From NCBI RefSeq assembly GCF_964194025.1, contig NC_134468.1:38254001-38318000 (forward strand): 64,000 bases of DNA, given 5' to 3'. The notes beneath the pieces were generated by a model. It ran no database searches, had not been told where the DNA came from, and worked only from the letters and a program-made list of their open reading frames with translations. Origin of the DNA: Convolutriloba macropyga (Eukaryota). Both the position numbers and the translations under genes were made by a program. This document shows, piece by piece, positions 36,503 to 49,600 of the stretch. Numbering within the stretch: position 1 is the first letter of the stretch; every line of letters begins with the position of its first letter.

Positions 36503-38104
36503 TTCTCGGTTTGATGAGACGAAGAACTGAACACAAAAGTAGTTGAAGATGATGAACAGAAGTGATGTTCTTTTGAGGGAAGAGAGAGCAAATGATGTTG
36601 TATAACTTTTTCAACTTTTTTAAACTCAGCTCTAACCAATCAGAACAAAGTTCCCAAAAATTGGAAATGTTTAGGGGAAAAATGAGGTTAATGTCCAAAC
36701 ACGGAAGAATTTAAATATATGAGGTAACCGAAAAAATAGAAATATTACAAGAGTTATCCAACAAATCTAATTAACAGCCAAATATGGAACTAGTTGATGT
36801 CAATCACCAAAAAAAATTTAAGGTTTGATAAATTCTCACCATCTCGTTTAACGTCAAGCCGGACACGGAAAAAGATCATAACTTTGAACTAACTTTTTGT
36901 ATTTAGTTTTTAGGAAGGCGTATTCCTCAGATATAACTCCCACCACCTCAGCATTGTTGTCTTTTAATAACGAACAAACAGCGCACTTTACTTTTTTGCA
37001 TTGAACTAATTGTTACTGGTTCAGGATATGGGATATAAGTAGATTGAGATAAATTTCTGTACTGTTCCATATTTTCTGGAGCAAAATTCATTATGAAGAG
37101 TTTTTTGTCATTGTTGATGAGTAAATCGGACGATAAATCAAAAGATTTTACTGTTATGTAGTCACCAGACTCTAAGTTTTTATAGAGAAGGTTTGTAGTT
37201 GAATCCCGTGTTAAATCAGTTGATTCTGCTGTTTCGAGTAAAAATGCCCGGAAAATTGTAAAGGAATAAAAAAAACATCGATTTTGTCAATTCCATGGGT
37301 TTCAGCGATACATTTTTTCTTTTATAAAATTTTTTGCAAAATTTTTATGATCAACATATTTCACTGATGGTTAAAATTTCAAGTATAACTCAAGTATTAA
37401 AACAAAAATATCAATGTGAAAAACAAAATCGTTTGTCTTGAGAATCTTTTTCCGAAGGTTGAAATCCAGGTTTGCGGGAGGTTCCAAGTTGCGAGGTTAA
37501 GTTGTACAACAAAAACTTGATCCTCAGTGATAAATGGAAATTTTTCTTGATATCTCTCTGGGTGTCATAAAAGCGCGTTAATGCGCTGCTTTCAAGATCC
37601 AACAAAACTAAATTTGATCACAGACGCTGAATTTATTCATTAAATGAGATACACAATTATGACAAAAATATAATCAAAACACTAGAACAACCGAGAATTT
37701 TGGTAGACTGATTCTCTTTAGATTGTTGCGTTTTCCTTGGTGAAATAATCTGCGTTGGAAAATAAAATTTCAAGTAAGGGGCAACAAATATGATTGAGAG
37801 AAAAAGTAAATGTCAAAATTTACGCCACCGAACAATTTTGTACAATTAAATCGAGAGTTAGTTATTTTCATGAATAAATATTGCAATCTAGATGGGTAAT
37901 TTCAGCTTTCTAGAATGTTCTAACACAATGCTTCTTTCCAAAAAAAAGTATGAGGTGTTTTCGATATATGGAAGCAATGATTCTTCGTCGCGTTTTTCAA
38001 AATAACACCATAGCATAATTCGTTTATTTTTCTATTATTTTCAGATTCAGTTGCACCTCAATTTACCTGAAAATTACTCTTTTCATCTTGGACTAAAAAA
38101 AACA

Positions 38105-41100
38105 ATGACTTCTCCCGATAGAAAACTCCCAATCAAACGCACAAAGTATGAAAAAATGGTTGTAAAGAAGCGTATGGCTAGACACAAGTAGTTTCGCGAC
38201 AAGGAGTCTCAATCTTGTCCCAAATGTCCTTGTTTTTTTTTTCAAAGAAGCAGGAAAACTTGAATTACCGTCTCGTCAAGCATCATGACTAGGTAAAAAT
38301 GGTAAAGTTTTTACTATGTGTACTGTGTGTGTTGAAAAATTCCCGTACTTTTTTCTCTTCAACAGCAAAAGAGGAAAAAGCATGGAATATCGTTAAATAT
38401 TGGGACAAAATCGGGTGGAAAACTCAAGCAATTCCTAAAATAAAGTAGGTAAACAAGAACGACAAGCAGTTACAGGAGAAACTTAGTACGTGCGAGCACT
38501 TTTCTGACGATACGCAAAAAGAGAATAGAAGACGCCGAGAGTTCACCTTCATGCTGTCCAACCTCAATCCCAATGAGACAAATTGAAAACTGAATGAAGG
38601 AAGTATTTGAAAAACTCAACTCTGCTGGCAGGTGAATTTGGCTCCTGGATTCAACTGGCGAAATGTGAACGATTATCGGTTGTTTTATGCACAGGAGAAC
38701 AATACGTTTTTTGAAAAGTTTCGTCTGCTCTGATCGAAAAGGAACCTGATTTCTCTTCAAGACAGTCAAAAATATGGATCTATTCCAGACGTGTGCAAAA
38801 AAGAGAGGGAAACTACAAAAAGCAACTTGCAATAACCACAAACTTAATAGTGTTTTGCGATGCTGTCCTCAATATTCCAATGGGATGTCTTGATGCCATT
38901 CTGCTTGAACAGTTGTTGAATCACCAAAATGTGATTTTTCTTGTATCGGAGGGACACGGAGAAAACCTAAAAATAACAACTTTGCCTGTTCACTTGCAGT
39001 GGTTGTTCACTTGTATGGATCAGCTGAGTTGGAGACAAATGCAACGAAGATTTTCAGTGACATTCTTTGCCAGTGAATTAATGGACCACCTCGTATTTGT
39101 TAAAAACGCGATGAAACACAAAATTTTCATGTACGAAATTGAAAATGGATATTTTGTTGACGAACTTGCAAAAAATGTGTTAAAATTGATGAGATGAGCA
39201 TTAATTTACTTCGTGACAACAACCACATTTTTTATGCGGACATTATTTACACATTCTTCAAAAGATTCCACTGTCCTAGTTGCGATGTGTTCAGCCGTAA
39301 AGATCTGCACAGTTAGAGTTCAACTTGTTACACAAAGAGTGCTTATACCCTGAGACAGACATTTTGTGACATAGTCGATAAATTTGGAATTTCCTACAAT
39401 GATGAATAGAAATTGTTCAAAATGGGCTATATTTGATTTTGCATCCATCTGCTTTCGCACTGAAGAGCTATAAGATACAAGCATAACTACTTGGACTGGC
39501 AAACATGAATCAACATCTGTTTCTATTTCTCCAAATTTGCTTGAAAATCTCTGTTTTATGCGAAAAAGGTCTGAAGACAATAACTGTATATTTTTTCACA
39601 GCTTTTCAAGATTTAGCTAGCAATAGTAAACCCGAGAAGCCAAAAAAATTTGCATCAAATCTGGATACAAAAAATAGTCAGGTTATTTCTATTTTTAGGA
39701 AAATAATTGAGCGGAGATGTCAGACAAAACTGTTGAGCGGTGGACAATCTCAGGAAGGAGCGCTGATTTCGTCAATTAGTATAACGAAAAGGATGTTGTT
39801 CCAGCCTTGGAAGTAATGCAAAATTTGATGGAAATTCACCAGAAAAATGGATTTGATATGTTTAAGATCAGATGTACACTTCCAAAATTGGTAAATTTTG
39901 GTATCCACAAGTCGACATATCTCAAATTTTTTTTCCATTTGTTGACGCTGACAAAGACTTACATGACCAAATTTGCAAGGACAAGACTGTTAAACATTCT
40001 AATGTGTTCAAAAGAAAGATAGTTGTTGATCAGACCTACACTAGGGTTTGGGAAAACATTTGTAAATCTGTTGTGGATATCGATGCTAGTCAAATTTATC
40101 TTGTTCGATTTGGCAAGAAGTGCCTACCAGGCTTTTAACACGGAGGGAGCATGACACAGATTCTTGAAAAATCAAAACTCTCAATAACAGATTGCAATCA
40201 CTTGGGAACATGGTCATGTCTCAACTCCATTCACAACGTCGAGAATGCACTATTGAAAACAATTTTACAACCGCAAAACAGAAAAAGATTGACTGTTTTA
40301 GTCTGGACGGATTTTGTGCTCTTGCAACAAAGTGTTTGAAGCTGTGAGATGTTTTTGGTTTTTTTTTTCATTTTTGTACATGTCAAGGAGCTTGTGCCAG
40401 TCATTCGGAAGAAAAACTCGGAGAGGGATCAGGAGACATAACATGATGAGGTCAGAAGAGATTTCTTGCGAAATGAAGATTACATTTTCGTTGAGGCCTG
40501 GGAGTGTAACTGGTGAAAAAATGAAAGAGAAGACAAAATGATTAGAAATTACGTGAAAAAGAAATTTTCCCTTTCAGCAACCAATGAAGGATGAGCTTCT
40601 TTTTGGTAAAATAAGAGATGGGAAAATTTAAGTATATGTGCAGTGCAATTTTGAAGCTCCCGATGGATTAAAGGACAAGCTCCACGATTTCCATCCTGAT
40701 TTCAAAAACTTCAATGTCAGCTGAGCCGATATAGGGAATTATATAAAATAGTATGCAAATAAAAACAACCTACTCAAAAGACCTGAACGAATATTGATTT
40801 CGATCTTCCAGTTAGAAAATGGTAAAATTATTACACCAATACTCAATTTTTAGCACAGCTTTAGTCTGAAATGTACAAAAAAATTTAGATTTGTTTATTA
40901 TACGCCCCAAAAAGTGCTTCAACAATTTTGTTCAGTCAGAGGTTGATGCTAGAATAGCCGATGATGAAAATCAACTCGAGCGTTGTGGCTGCGACAGTGA
41001 CATTTTTGCGACAGTGAGTAATTGCTCTTGTGGTTATCGATTCATGGACAGAAATAAACAAGCAGAGAGCAAGTACTTGAACAGTAAGAAATATGTTCAA

Positions 41101-41784
41101 AGAAATCAATATAGGAATGTTCAAGCGCTTGAAATTTGTGCCAAAAAAGTACATGGAATTCAGCATGAAAAGTCAAAAATTGAACATCGATGACTTATAA
41201 TAGTTGGGTTTTAAAATCTTCAATACTCTAAGTTACGTATTTTGGAACTCAATTATAACTCCTTTGAAATATTTTTTTGATGTTGACAATTTCCAAAAGT
41301 TGGACATGGATATGGATTCTCTCTATCTAGAGCTGGCGCACAAAAACTTGTACAATTGCTTTAGACGCGCTGAAAAGGAAGCCTGGGAAATTTTGCGTTG
41401 AAAGGCCTGTGATGATTCCATCAGAGCAGATGCTTCATAAAATTTCTTCCCTAAAACATTGTGCTCAAAGCATAAGAAGCCCCATGAATGGGAGCCGAGA
41501 CTCTTTAAAGAAGAATTCAGATGTACCGAAATGATTTGTCAAAACTTATTGTTGCTACGATGCAAAGTCTGACAAATACAATTTTAGTAAAATAGGTCGG
41601 AACAAAAAAACTTTAGTGACAACTGGAGATGGACCAAGGGAAAAACGTCGACATGCAACGGATGAAATTATCGTTAAATCATTGTGTTTCTACGTAGGAA
41701 CAGACTAAAGAGGGCTGGTCATATTTCTATTCCAAAAACGTTGTCCAGCCTGACGGTGTTCATACGGCACCTCCCAATCTACAA
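38105..41784 (+). pseudogene. Protein-primed family B DNA polymerase (pPolB) relic
   Basis: Motif A SVVDIDASQIY (~40065-40100), motif B-like SNCSCGYRFMDR (~41015-41050), motif C DMDMDSLY (~41303-41326), EPRLFKEEF, KTYCCY and C-terminal SYFYSKNVVQPDGVHTAP. The N-terminus has C2H2-like Cys/His residues. Many frameshifts. Confidence 0.92.
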
Positions 41785-41815
41785 CTTGACATTTCTCTAC
41801 ATTTGTTAGCGCGCC

Positions 41816-42596
41816 TAGACTAAAAAGCACACGAGCCTTAATCGATATAACCAAAAAAATACGTGAAAACCATTTCCTCTCTGAATACATAGATTGATTT
41901 TTGGAAAATCGATGAATATAGTCTATACCTAATCTTAAAAAATGGCAGCTGTACCTAATACATGGCAGTTTTACCTAATCCTAATACATATGCCTTGTAC
42001 ATGGTGGCTAAACACAATCTTGATACATTGCAGTGGCTGTACAGAAAAACTGTTGCATATTGAAATTGACTGGGATGGTAGACATCCGTGCTCATTACTG
42101 TCCATGTACAATTCCCCTGCCTGTACAATTACCCTGCACGCTGCATTTAAATTTAGCCTGACTGTTTATGAAAAGAAAATAGGGCAAAGACCGGCTCCCA
42201 AAATTGCAGCTAGTCTGCTCACACTATACTACCAGCATCTATACCTAATCTTAATACATTGCGGCGGCTATACATAACCCTAAGGCAATGGGTCAACTAT
42301 ACCTAATCTTAATACAATGCTGCGGCTATAGCGAGTCTTCATAAAGACCGCTATACACAACCTTACTACATTGCGGCGGCCATACCTAATCTTAATACAG
42401 TGCGCCGGCTATACCTAATCTTAATACATTGAGACAGCTATACCTACTCTTAAAACGGAACCAATGTATTGAGATAGGGTATAGATCTCGAGATTTGAGT
42501 CCCATCCACGTGTTATAAGATAGGGTATAAATACGCTATACCATATCTTATTACATGGGGTCTTTCCCCCCTTGCTGGTCGGCTCACTATGTTACT
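41816..42596 (-). repeat. Right TIR (~0.78 kb) with the inverted 29-bp array at ~42235-42450
   Basis: Repeats of tatacctaatcttaatacattgcggcggc; catggggtc; tgctggtcggctcactat...tact. This is the reverse complement of the left TIR. Confidence 0.9.
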
Positions 42597-43439
42597 TTTT
42601 ACTTTTTTTTTCAATTTTTCTTTTATATCTGTCCCAACGTTAGCAAATTTTATTACAGCCTGCCTTATATAATTGTGATAGCAATGGCATGTAAAACATG
42701 CTAATTTTATTGATATGAATTCTTCATTTATGTCCAATAGTCCATTTTATGGATTTTTTCAAATTTAATTTTAAAAAAGCAGATTTTAAGAACTGCTATT
42801 AGTTTAAGCATGTTGCTTAGTGTTTTAATTAACATTATTTTCGTTTTCCATGCTTCAGTGGTATTACGTAGCTCATAGATAGAACTAACAAACGAAAATT
42901 TTCCTTTCCTCTTTTGCCTAATTTTATAATTTCTGGACAATTTTTTTCTCATTGTGAGTAGAAATCATTGTTTAAGCATGAAAACCGTTGTATCCCTTGG
43001 TAATATTTTGTTTTTTATCTTGTTTTGGTAGAAAAGGTTTTATCGTGGGCTAATTACCGACTTTCGGATTGATTTTTTACAGCTTCTGGGTATGATAGTT
43101 TTGCCAACAAAAAATGAAGTGAACGTTATGAAAAAGTAAACAAGATTTCTCAGGGAAAAATACGCCTGCAATTTTTGTAAGAAGTGTTCAAGAAAAGTTT
43201 CGTTTGCATGAAAAGCAAAGAATTTAATCACTATTGTTTGAGAAATGTCAACCTTTCCAACAGCCGCCGCTATGTGCTGCTTTCTTCAAAAACTGACACG
43301 AAAACAATACATGATGGTGGCAATAACTTTCCGTTTATTATAGCGCTATTTGACCGTTTTCTACTCCAGAAATTGATAAATTTAAAATTAGAAAAACTGT
43401 CTGTTAAATAGATGTCCTGTTGACACAAAAACGGCGAAA

Positions 43440-43690
43440 ACCTTTACATTTTTAAGTCTTCAGCCTTGCTATGTTGGACTTGCAAACGTTAAAAAAAATT
43501 CAATGGTGTTCAAACGTAGGACTTCGTCGGTATGATCGGTTTTCGACGCAAGAATTTATCAGCTTGTTCGGGTCCGATCCACAAGATAACATGCAAAAAA
43601 TTGTTTTCATTTGTTCAGATCAAAAACCCTCGAGTTTTAATTAACCAGATTTGTCTCTGTCAATGTTCAACATGTGTGATACATTTGACA
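43440..43690 (+). repeat. Diverged homolog of the flank unit found at 20260-20505, 21190-21430 and 22125-22370
   Basis: ttgcaaac.taaaa ... gtccga.cca.aagata.ca.gcaaaa ... catttgttca.atca.aaac ... tcaaca..gatac occur in the same order and orientation. Confidence 0.65.
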
Positions 43691-46600
43691 GACAAAGTCT
43701 GAACCAAGAATTCAGCTTTTTCGGTTAAGTTTGTCAAGAATCTAATGGTGAAAGTTCAAACAAAGTTCTACATCTCCTGAAATATGTTTTTTGAAGAGCT
43801 GCAATTGAAGTTGAGCTGCAACTCTACTTACTATTCTAAGTTTGACTAGATTATAGACAAGGTACCGAAAGTTTTGTGCAGTCAACGCCGACATTTTCTT
43901 ACAATTCAAACTAAGCATTTTCCTGCGTATTAACTGAAATATACCATGTTTTTGACACAAAACATATGAACGCTTTCTCTTGTTCTGAAACTGATATTGC
44001 CGATATCTTACAGAAGATACCGCGGAAGCGGAACAGTCCAGAAATTTCTTGCTTATGAAAGTTATCAAACGATAGAGTTACTATTTCTTTTACTGATGTT
44101 GCCTTTTCAGATCTCAATTAATTATAATGAAATAATTTCCGCCGCTTTTGGTTTGTGACAATAACTTTTGGCCTTTTGATACAGCCCAAAAAATTGTCAC
44201 GGCCTTCTTTCACAATCCTTTTTCTCCAAATCAAGTTTGCTTCAGTTAACCTACTAATATATCAAACATTGTCCGCCCATTTTTAAAAAATTATGAGCAG
44301 CGATAAATAAGTTGGCATCCTCGAAATCTGCCTTTGTTTTTTGACACAATTCGGGTAAATTTTATCAGAAATCGAGGAAAATTAAGTAGAGTCGAATTTG
44401 AGTAAAAGTTACTAAAAGCTGCTGATAAATTAACTTTTAAATGTAGATATATGTTCTTTCCTTTTTCGAACCCGTCACCAGTTTTAATTTCACTTTTTAA
44501 AAAATGACGGATCGACCCGTTTCTTATCTTTTTCAACTGATTTTTCACGTCGGTTTGGCAAGAATGAGCAATTATTATAAAAGCATTAAATTTATTACTA
44601 CCTTCGTTTGCTAAAAAAGAACTATTTAAATTGCAGAGCCATTTCATGAATCGTTGAAAACAGGTTAAAAAAACTTACCGAATGGAGCCATTACAAAATT
44701 TATTCACAGTGAAAACTGTTTGAGTTACATTAAATAGTTCCTTCGGTTGTATAATTGTGCTACGTTTGATTTGTAAGAAAAGTTTGTTCACCAGTGCGTA
44801 AATTTGATGCGAGAATTCAATTTTGGATAAAAGTCAAGCGCGGAGGGATTTTGAAGCTTGAATAGAAGACGCCAATTGTCATTCAGTGCTGTAACTCAGA
44901 TGCTAAATGGGAAAGAAGAGAAGGGGAAAAGAGCAGAGGGCTATCTCTCTCTCCCCTGTGTTGTAGATTGAAATTTACAGTTATAGTCTCAGTCCAACTA
45001 GTCCTCCTCTTGTCCTTTTAGCCCAACTGCAGTCTCCTATTGTATGTTGGTTAATTTGGGTTGAACACCAATGCCACAATGCAACTTGCACAACCATCTT
45101 TAGCCTGTCCTTCAACTAACCGAAAAAGCTAACTTAGCCGACAAAATTTACATGATGATACAATTTTTTAACCTTTCTGGTTAATGTCCCCTCCCCGCCT
45201 AGGTGCGCTTTGCAAACTAAACTTACAATTTTGGGCTTTTCTCTTTGAATGTTATTATTTTTTTATTTTATCACGCAAATAATATATTAAACCAAACTTT
45301 CAAGCATTTCTTTTTTGTTGGGGGGGGGGGGGAGGGAGGGGAGGAGGGGGTTGTGTCAAACTACTTTTCTTGGTGCCACTTTTTCTGAGATCTGAGGGTG
45401 CTATTAAAACGATGTCAGCATGTTCAAATGAAGTTATAATGCCCATATTAAGCTTGTGAACACGAAAACAATAGCTGGACTGTTTCGGCGTTTTCCTTGT
45501 TCGGTTCACCTCTTGAAGTCGCGCGTCACTAATCCACGCATGAAGAAGTTAAACGTTGTGCTCTAAAAGGTCAAAAAAATTTGTTACAATTTTTGAGTAA
45601 ATGGCGCAGGCTATTGAGTAAAAAAAAGAAAGAAATAGTTCGAGCTATTACCAGGAGAAGTATTAGACAGGTCAGGTGTTCAACAGTTTCCATCGCTATA
45701 GCGACGATACCGATGAAAAACATAAGCGTTTTCGTCGTTTTTGTCTAAAACCCAACATAGCAAAAAAAATAATTTACAACTCCTTCCAAATATGAATAGC
45801 GACAAATTCCTTGGTTAAAAATAGTCAATTTCTGAACTAGGTCTTAGTTGCACAATTCCAATGGCCCATTTTGGCACAACCTGCTTCTTTATCTTGTAGA
45901 CCGGACCTCAATGCTATTGCAACTGGCACCCAACTGTACTCTGAAAGGTACGCAGACACATGAAAGAAAATTACTACTTTGTGAAATGAATTATGTAATA
46001 ATGACCTCACTCGAAACTCAGAACATAGAACGAAGCTGACGCAATCTCAAGATTCTATTTCTCATTTTCGGCTTCATTCGTCTTTTGCAGGTTTAAAAAT
46101 CCTGAAAATTTCATGGTTAATATTTAGTAAAATGAAGATATCGAGACAGCTATTAACAAGATTAATATTTTAAATTCCTTTAATTTTTCCAAGTATCATA
46201 CATTAATCCAATTGAACATATCGTCAATATAAATTTAAAGACGTAAGTTAGAGTTCATCTGAAGAGAAAATTGCTCATTTGTGTTCAGAACAGTTTCATT
46301 CGTATTCGTCTAAGTGTAGCATTCTATGCACTGACACACTTCGTTCAATCACTCCTTTCTTACATTTCCTGTGTGATAAGTTGCAAAATTGTATTTTATC
46401 TCTCTCTTCCTCTCAACTTTATTCCACACAGTTTGCGCCCAAGATGTCACGCTCCCTTACTCGCTTTGTCTTGCCAAACTCCAACATTTACTCGAATCCC
46501 TACCAACCCCCCTACCCCACACCACCCTCCCCCCCCCCCACGCCTGCCACCCTCAGCCTCTATCAGGCGAGCCTAAGCTCTCCCCGGGGTCATGCTTGTC

Positions 46601-49600
46601 CAAAGTTAAATTAAAATGCTACCCAAATAACGCCATCCAAATTGAACTTGGGAACCCAAGAGGCCTTCCCAAGTAATTTAAGAAGGTCTTCACCCATTTC
46701 ACCGAATTAACGGGGGATTGTATCGGAATTAAGGCGCCCAAATTTTGCTGTAGAAGGAAACTCGACTAAATCAGACGTTAAATGTATTTGACGGAATTAA
46801 GAGTATCAACCAATAGGGTGGCTAACATAACCATTCACATTTTGTTCTGACAGCCGACGATTAGCTTTGTCCTTTTCAAGGGCCACGAGGCAAAAGAGGA
46901 CAGCCCTGATTTGCGATATAAGGGTGTTGTATGCTCAAATTCTGAACTCTCAAAAAAGTGAACCGAACCCGATAGAACTCATCCGACTGATAAATTTGGA
47001 CGGTAAAAACTTTCTCGAACAATGGTTGATAATTGAGGGTAATTTTGACACGAGGAATACATCAAAGAGATAGTGAAAAAATAGCTAGATAAACCCAGAA
47101 TCGGTCAGAATGGGTCACTAAAAGGCGGTAACATGTCCGCGGTAACATTTTTTTTGCGTTCTTTGTGATTTGTAAAAAAGCACAGGAACCGAAAGTTTTG
47201 ATAACTGAGAATCTATCAGCATTTATAAATGCTCATAGGATGGATCGGTGAACAAAATTTCTGACACTTAAAACTTCAATTATTCAAATGGGAGCTAAAA
47301 AGAACCCAGTACCACAAGCAGGTAGGCTGTATACAAAATGCTTATTTGAAGGAGGAAGCACAACAGAAAATTAACGTTTTTAATTTTCAGCTTTTGTGTT
47401 TTCACCTCGGGAGTATTCGTATGAAAACGAATTGTAGGTTTAAGCAATTTAACAATGAATATCATTTTTGAAAAAAAGTTTTGATGAATGCCAAGCGACA
47501 ATTACTCTCCACTAAAACAAAATGGTTATATTTCTTGTCTACAAAAAAAACCTTACAATTTTTTGAAAATTATTTAAGTTAGTTTCTTACGATTTTTTTT
47601 ACCTCGGAAACGAGGAAAGCCAATTTCGGCGCCATGAGCATAAGAAATTTATAAATTTGTAGACAGTTCGATGAAATTAAATGAAAAAAAATCAAAGTTG
47701 ATTGTACAAAACTCAATAATTGTGGTTTTATTGCTTTCTTTTTAATTCATAAACAAATGAAACATTTTTTGAAAAGTAAGCAAGTATGATATTACAACTA
47801 CTCAGTTGCTACCAAACAATTGCTCTTTTAACTTTGGTAAATTTAAAAGTAATAAAGTTTCAATTTTTATTGTTCGGTTGAGTCAACTGGCTCCATTCTT
47901 CAAAGTATCCAAAAAATCTGCTGGGGGAAGAACTTGCAAAAATGTTAATTTTCTACCATTTTCAATTAGACGAGAACAACTACACTTTGATAAATCTGTT
48001 TGCAGCAAAAGTGTTTCAAACATTTCCTTCCATGGAGCGCAGATTTGCTTCCACAACCTTTTGGTTTTTGAGAGAATTGTAACAACTTGGCGGGAAATTG
48101 CACAAAAGATAAAAATTGGGTAACTCTCACAGCTGTTATTTTGTTCGTATTCACTTATAAGGGCTCGAACTCTCTGAAAATGAGAACTTTTGAAAAATAA
48201 CGCTGAAGACCAAAGCGGCATTGCCACCAATAAGGGGTTTCGTTCTAAATCGTTTCACGCGCTTTGAAAACAGAAATTTAGTCAGCAGCGAACTTCTGAC
48301 TGCTCTATGTTAAAGACATCTAATTTATTCCTGCATCAGTTTATCACAAGTTTTATACCGATAGAGAAATTAAGGACAAAAGTTATGCATTCGAGAAAAG
48401 GAGAGCTTGCACCATTAACAATATTTAATTAGTTCAATCATGATAATGACCGCAGAGAAGTTGAATACTTATACTACAGACAACCTTTGCTAATTTTTTT
48501 TGTAGAATTTATCAGAAATTGAAAGAAAGACATCCTAATTGCCGAATATGTGGCAACCGTGAACGAATTTTAAAAACATGGCAAATATAACAACACTGAC
48601 CACAACTATAATTACAAACGCAGCTATTTCGAGTGCAAAATTGCGACTCTTTTTGTCACAAATTTGAAAAATTAAAAGTCACGGAAAAAACAGAACTAGT
48701 TTCATTGGCAGTTGTATTATTAAAACTGGCAAACGGCAAATTAGAATACTCTCTGCTCTTCTGATGTAATTATCAAATATCAGAACAAAGTTCAGTTCAA
48801 TAAACTGCATTTTAGTTAAATTTCTATAAATGTCTGATGATCTGGTCTGCTTACAATCATCACCAATTTTTAGAATGTCAAATTTGAGCGGAGCTAAAAC
48901 GTGGACACCCTGGAAGCGGAAAAACAATTTAAAAATGGATTTTTTCAGTCTTCTTTGTTTCATACTATTTTTCGACATGTAACCTTATATAATTAGATTT
49001 GACTTTGAAGAGGCAGGTAATACTATTGCTATATGTAATATACAAACTAAAACTCATGCTATGTGTAATATACAAACTGTCCGATAATTTTTCAGACAGT
49101 TATTTTTGCAATTGTTGATATATCTAGAGAATGCCTTAATTCAAAATGAGATCTAACAGCAAACAGTGTGAGTTAACACCCAAATACAATAATCATTTTT
49201 TCTCGGGGGTCAATTTTACCTCCTACGAAAAGAATTGTCATGGAACTGAAGCCAGAACTAAATTCGCCATTTTACATTTTAAAAAAGAGTTAGCAGTATG
49301 TGACCTGAATAAAAATTTTAAATCAAAGTGCCAGAAGTTTATCAAGGCAACATCTATTGCTCAAACAAAAAAATTGTTCAAGACACTCATAATTTAAAAA
49401 AGGACAAAAGGGAGAACAACAGTTTGTTTGTTTTAGCATTGATAGAACTTTATCAAAAAGGAAGACGGGGAGGTGTTATAATATAGATTCCAACATTTTT
49501 GAAATAAAGCATCCGCGATGATGCTAACTATTTTTCAGATAATAAATTTGAAATTTAGTGGGTTGCGTTGAGCCATCAAAAAAGTATTCTAAACACATTG

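Larger units (their letters stand above)
22445..42596. mobile_element. Decayed Polinton/Maverick (adintovirus-like endogenous dsDNA virus), ~20 kb
   Basis: Long TIRs with AGT.../...ACT-like tips enclose relics of pPolB, rve integrase, ATPase, protease, and major and minor capsid proteins, the canonical Polinton gene set. Ends are uncertain by ~10 bp and a 6-bp TSD is not clearly readable in the T-rich flanks. Confidence 0.92.

Noticed and set aside
47806-48230. Overlapping 105-115 aa ORFs as a transposon gene
   Set aside because: The composition is mildly coding-like, but I found no recognisable motif or element boundary.
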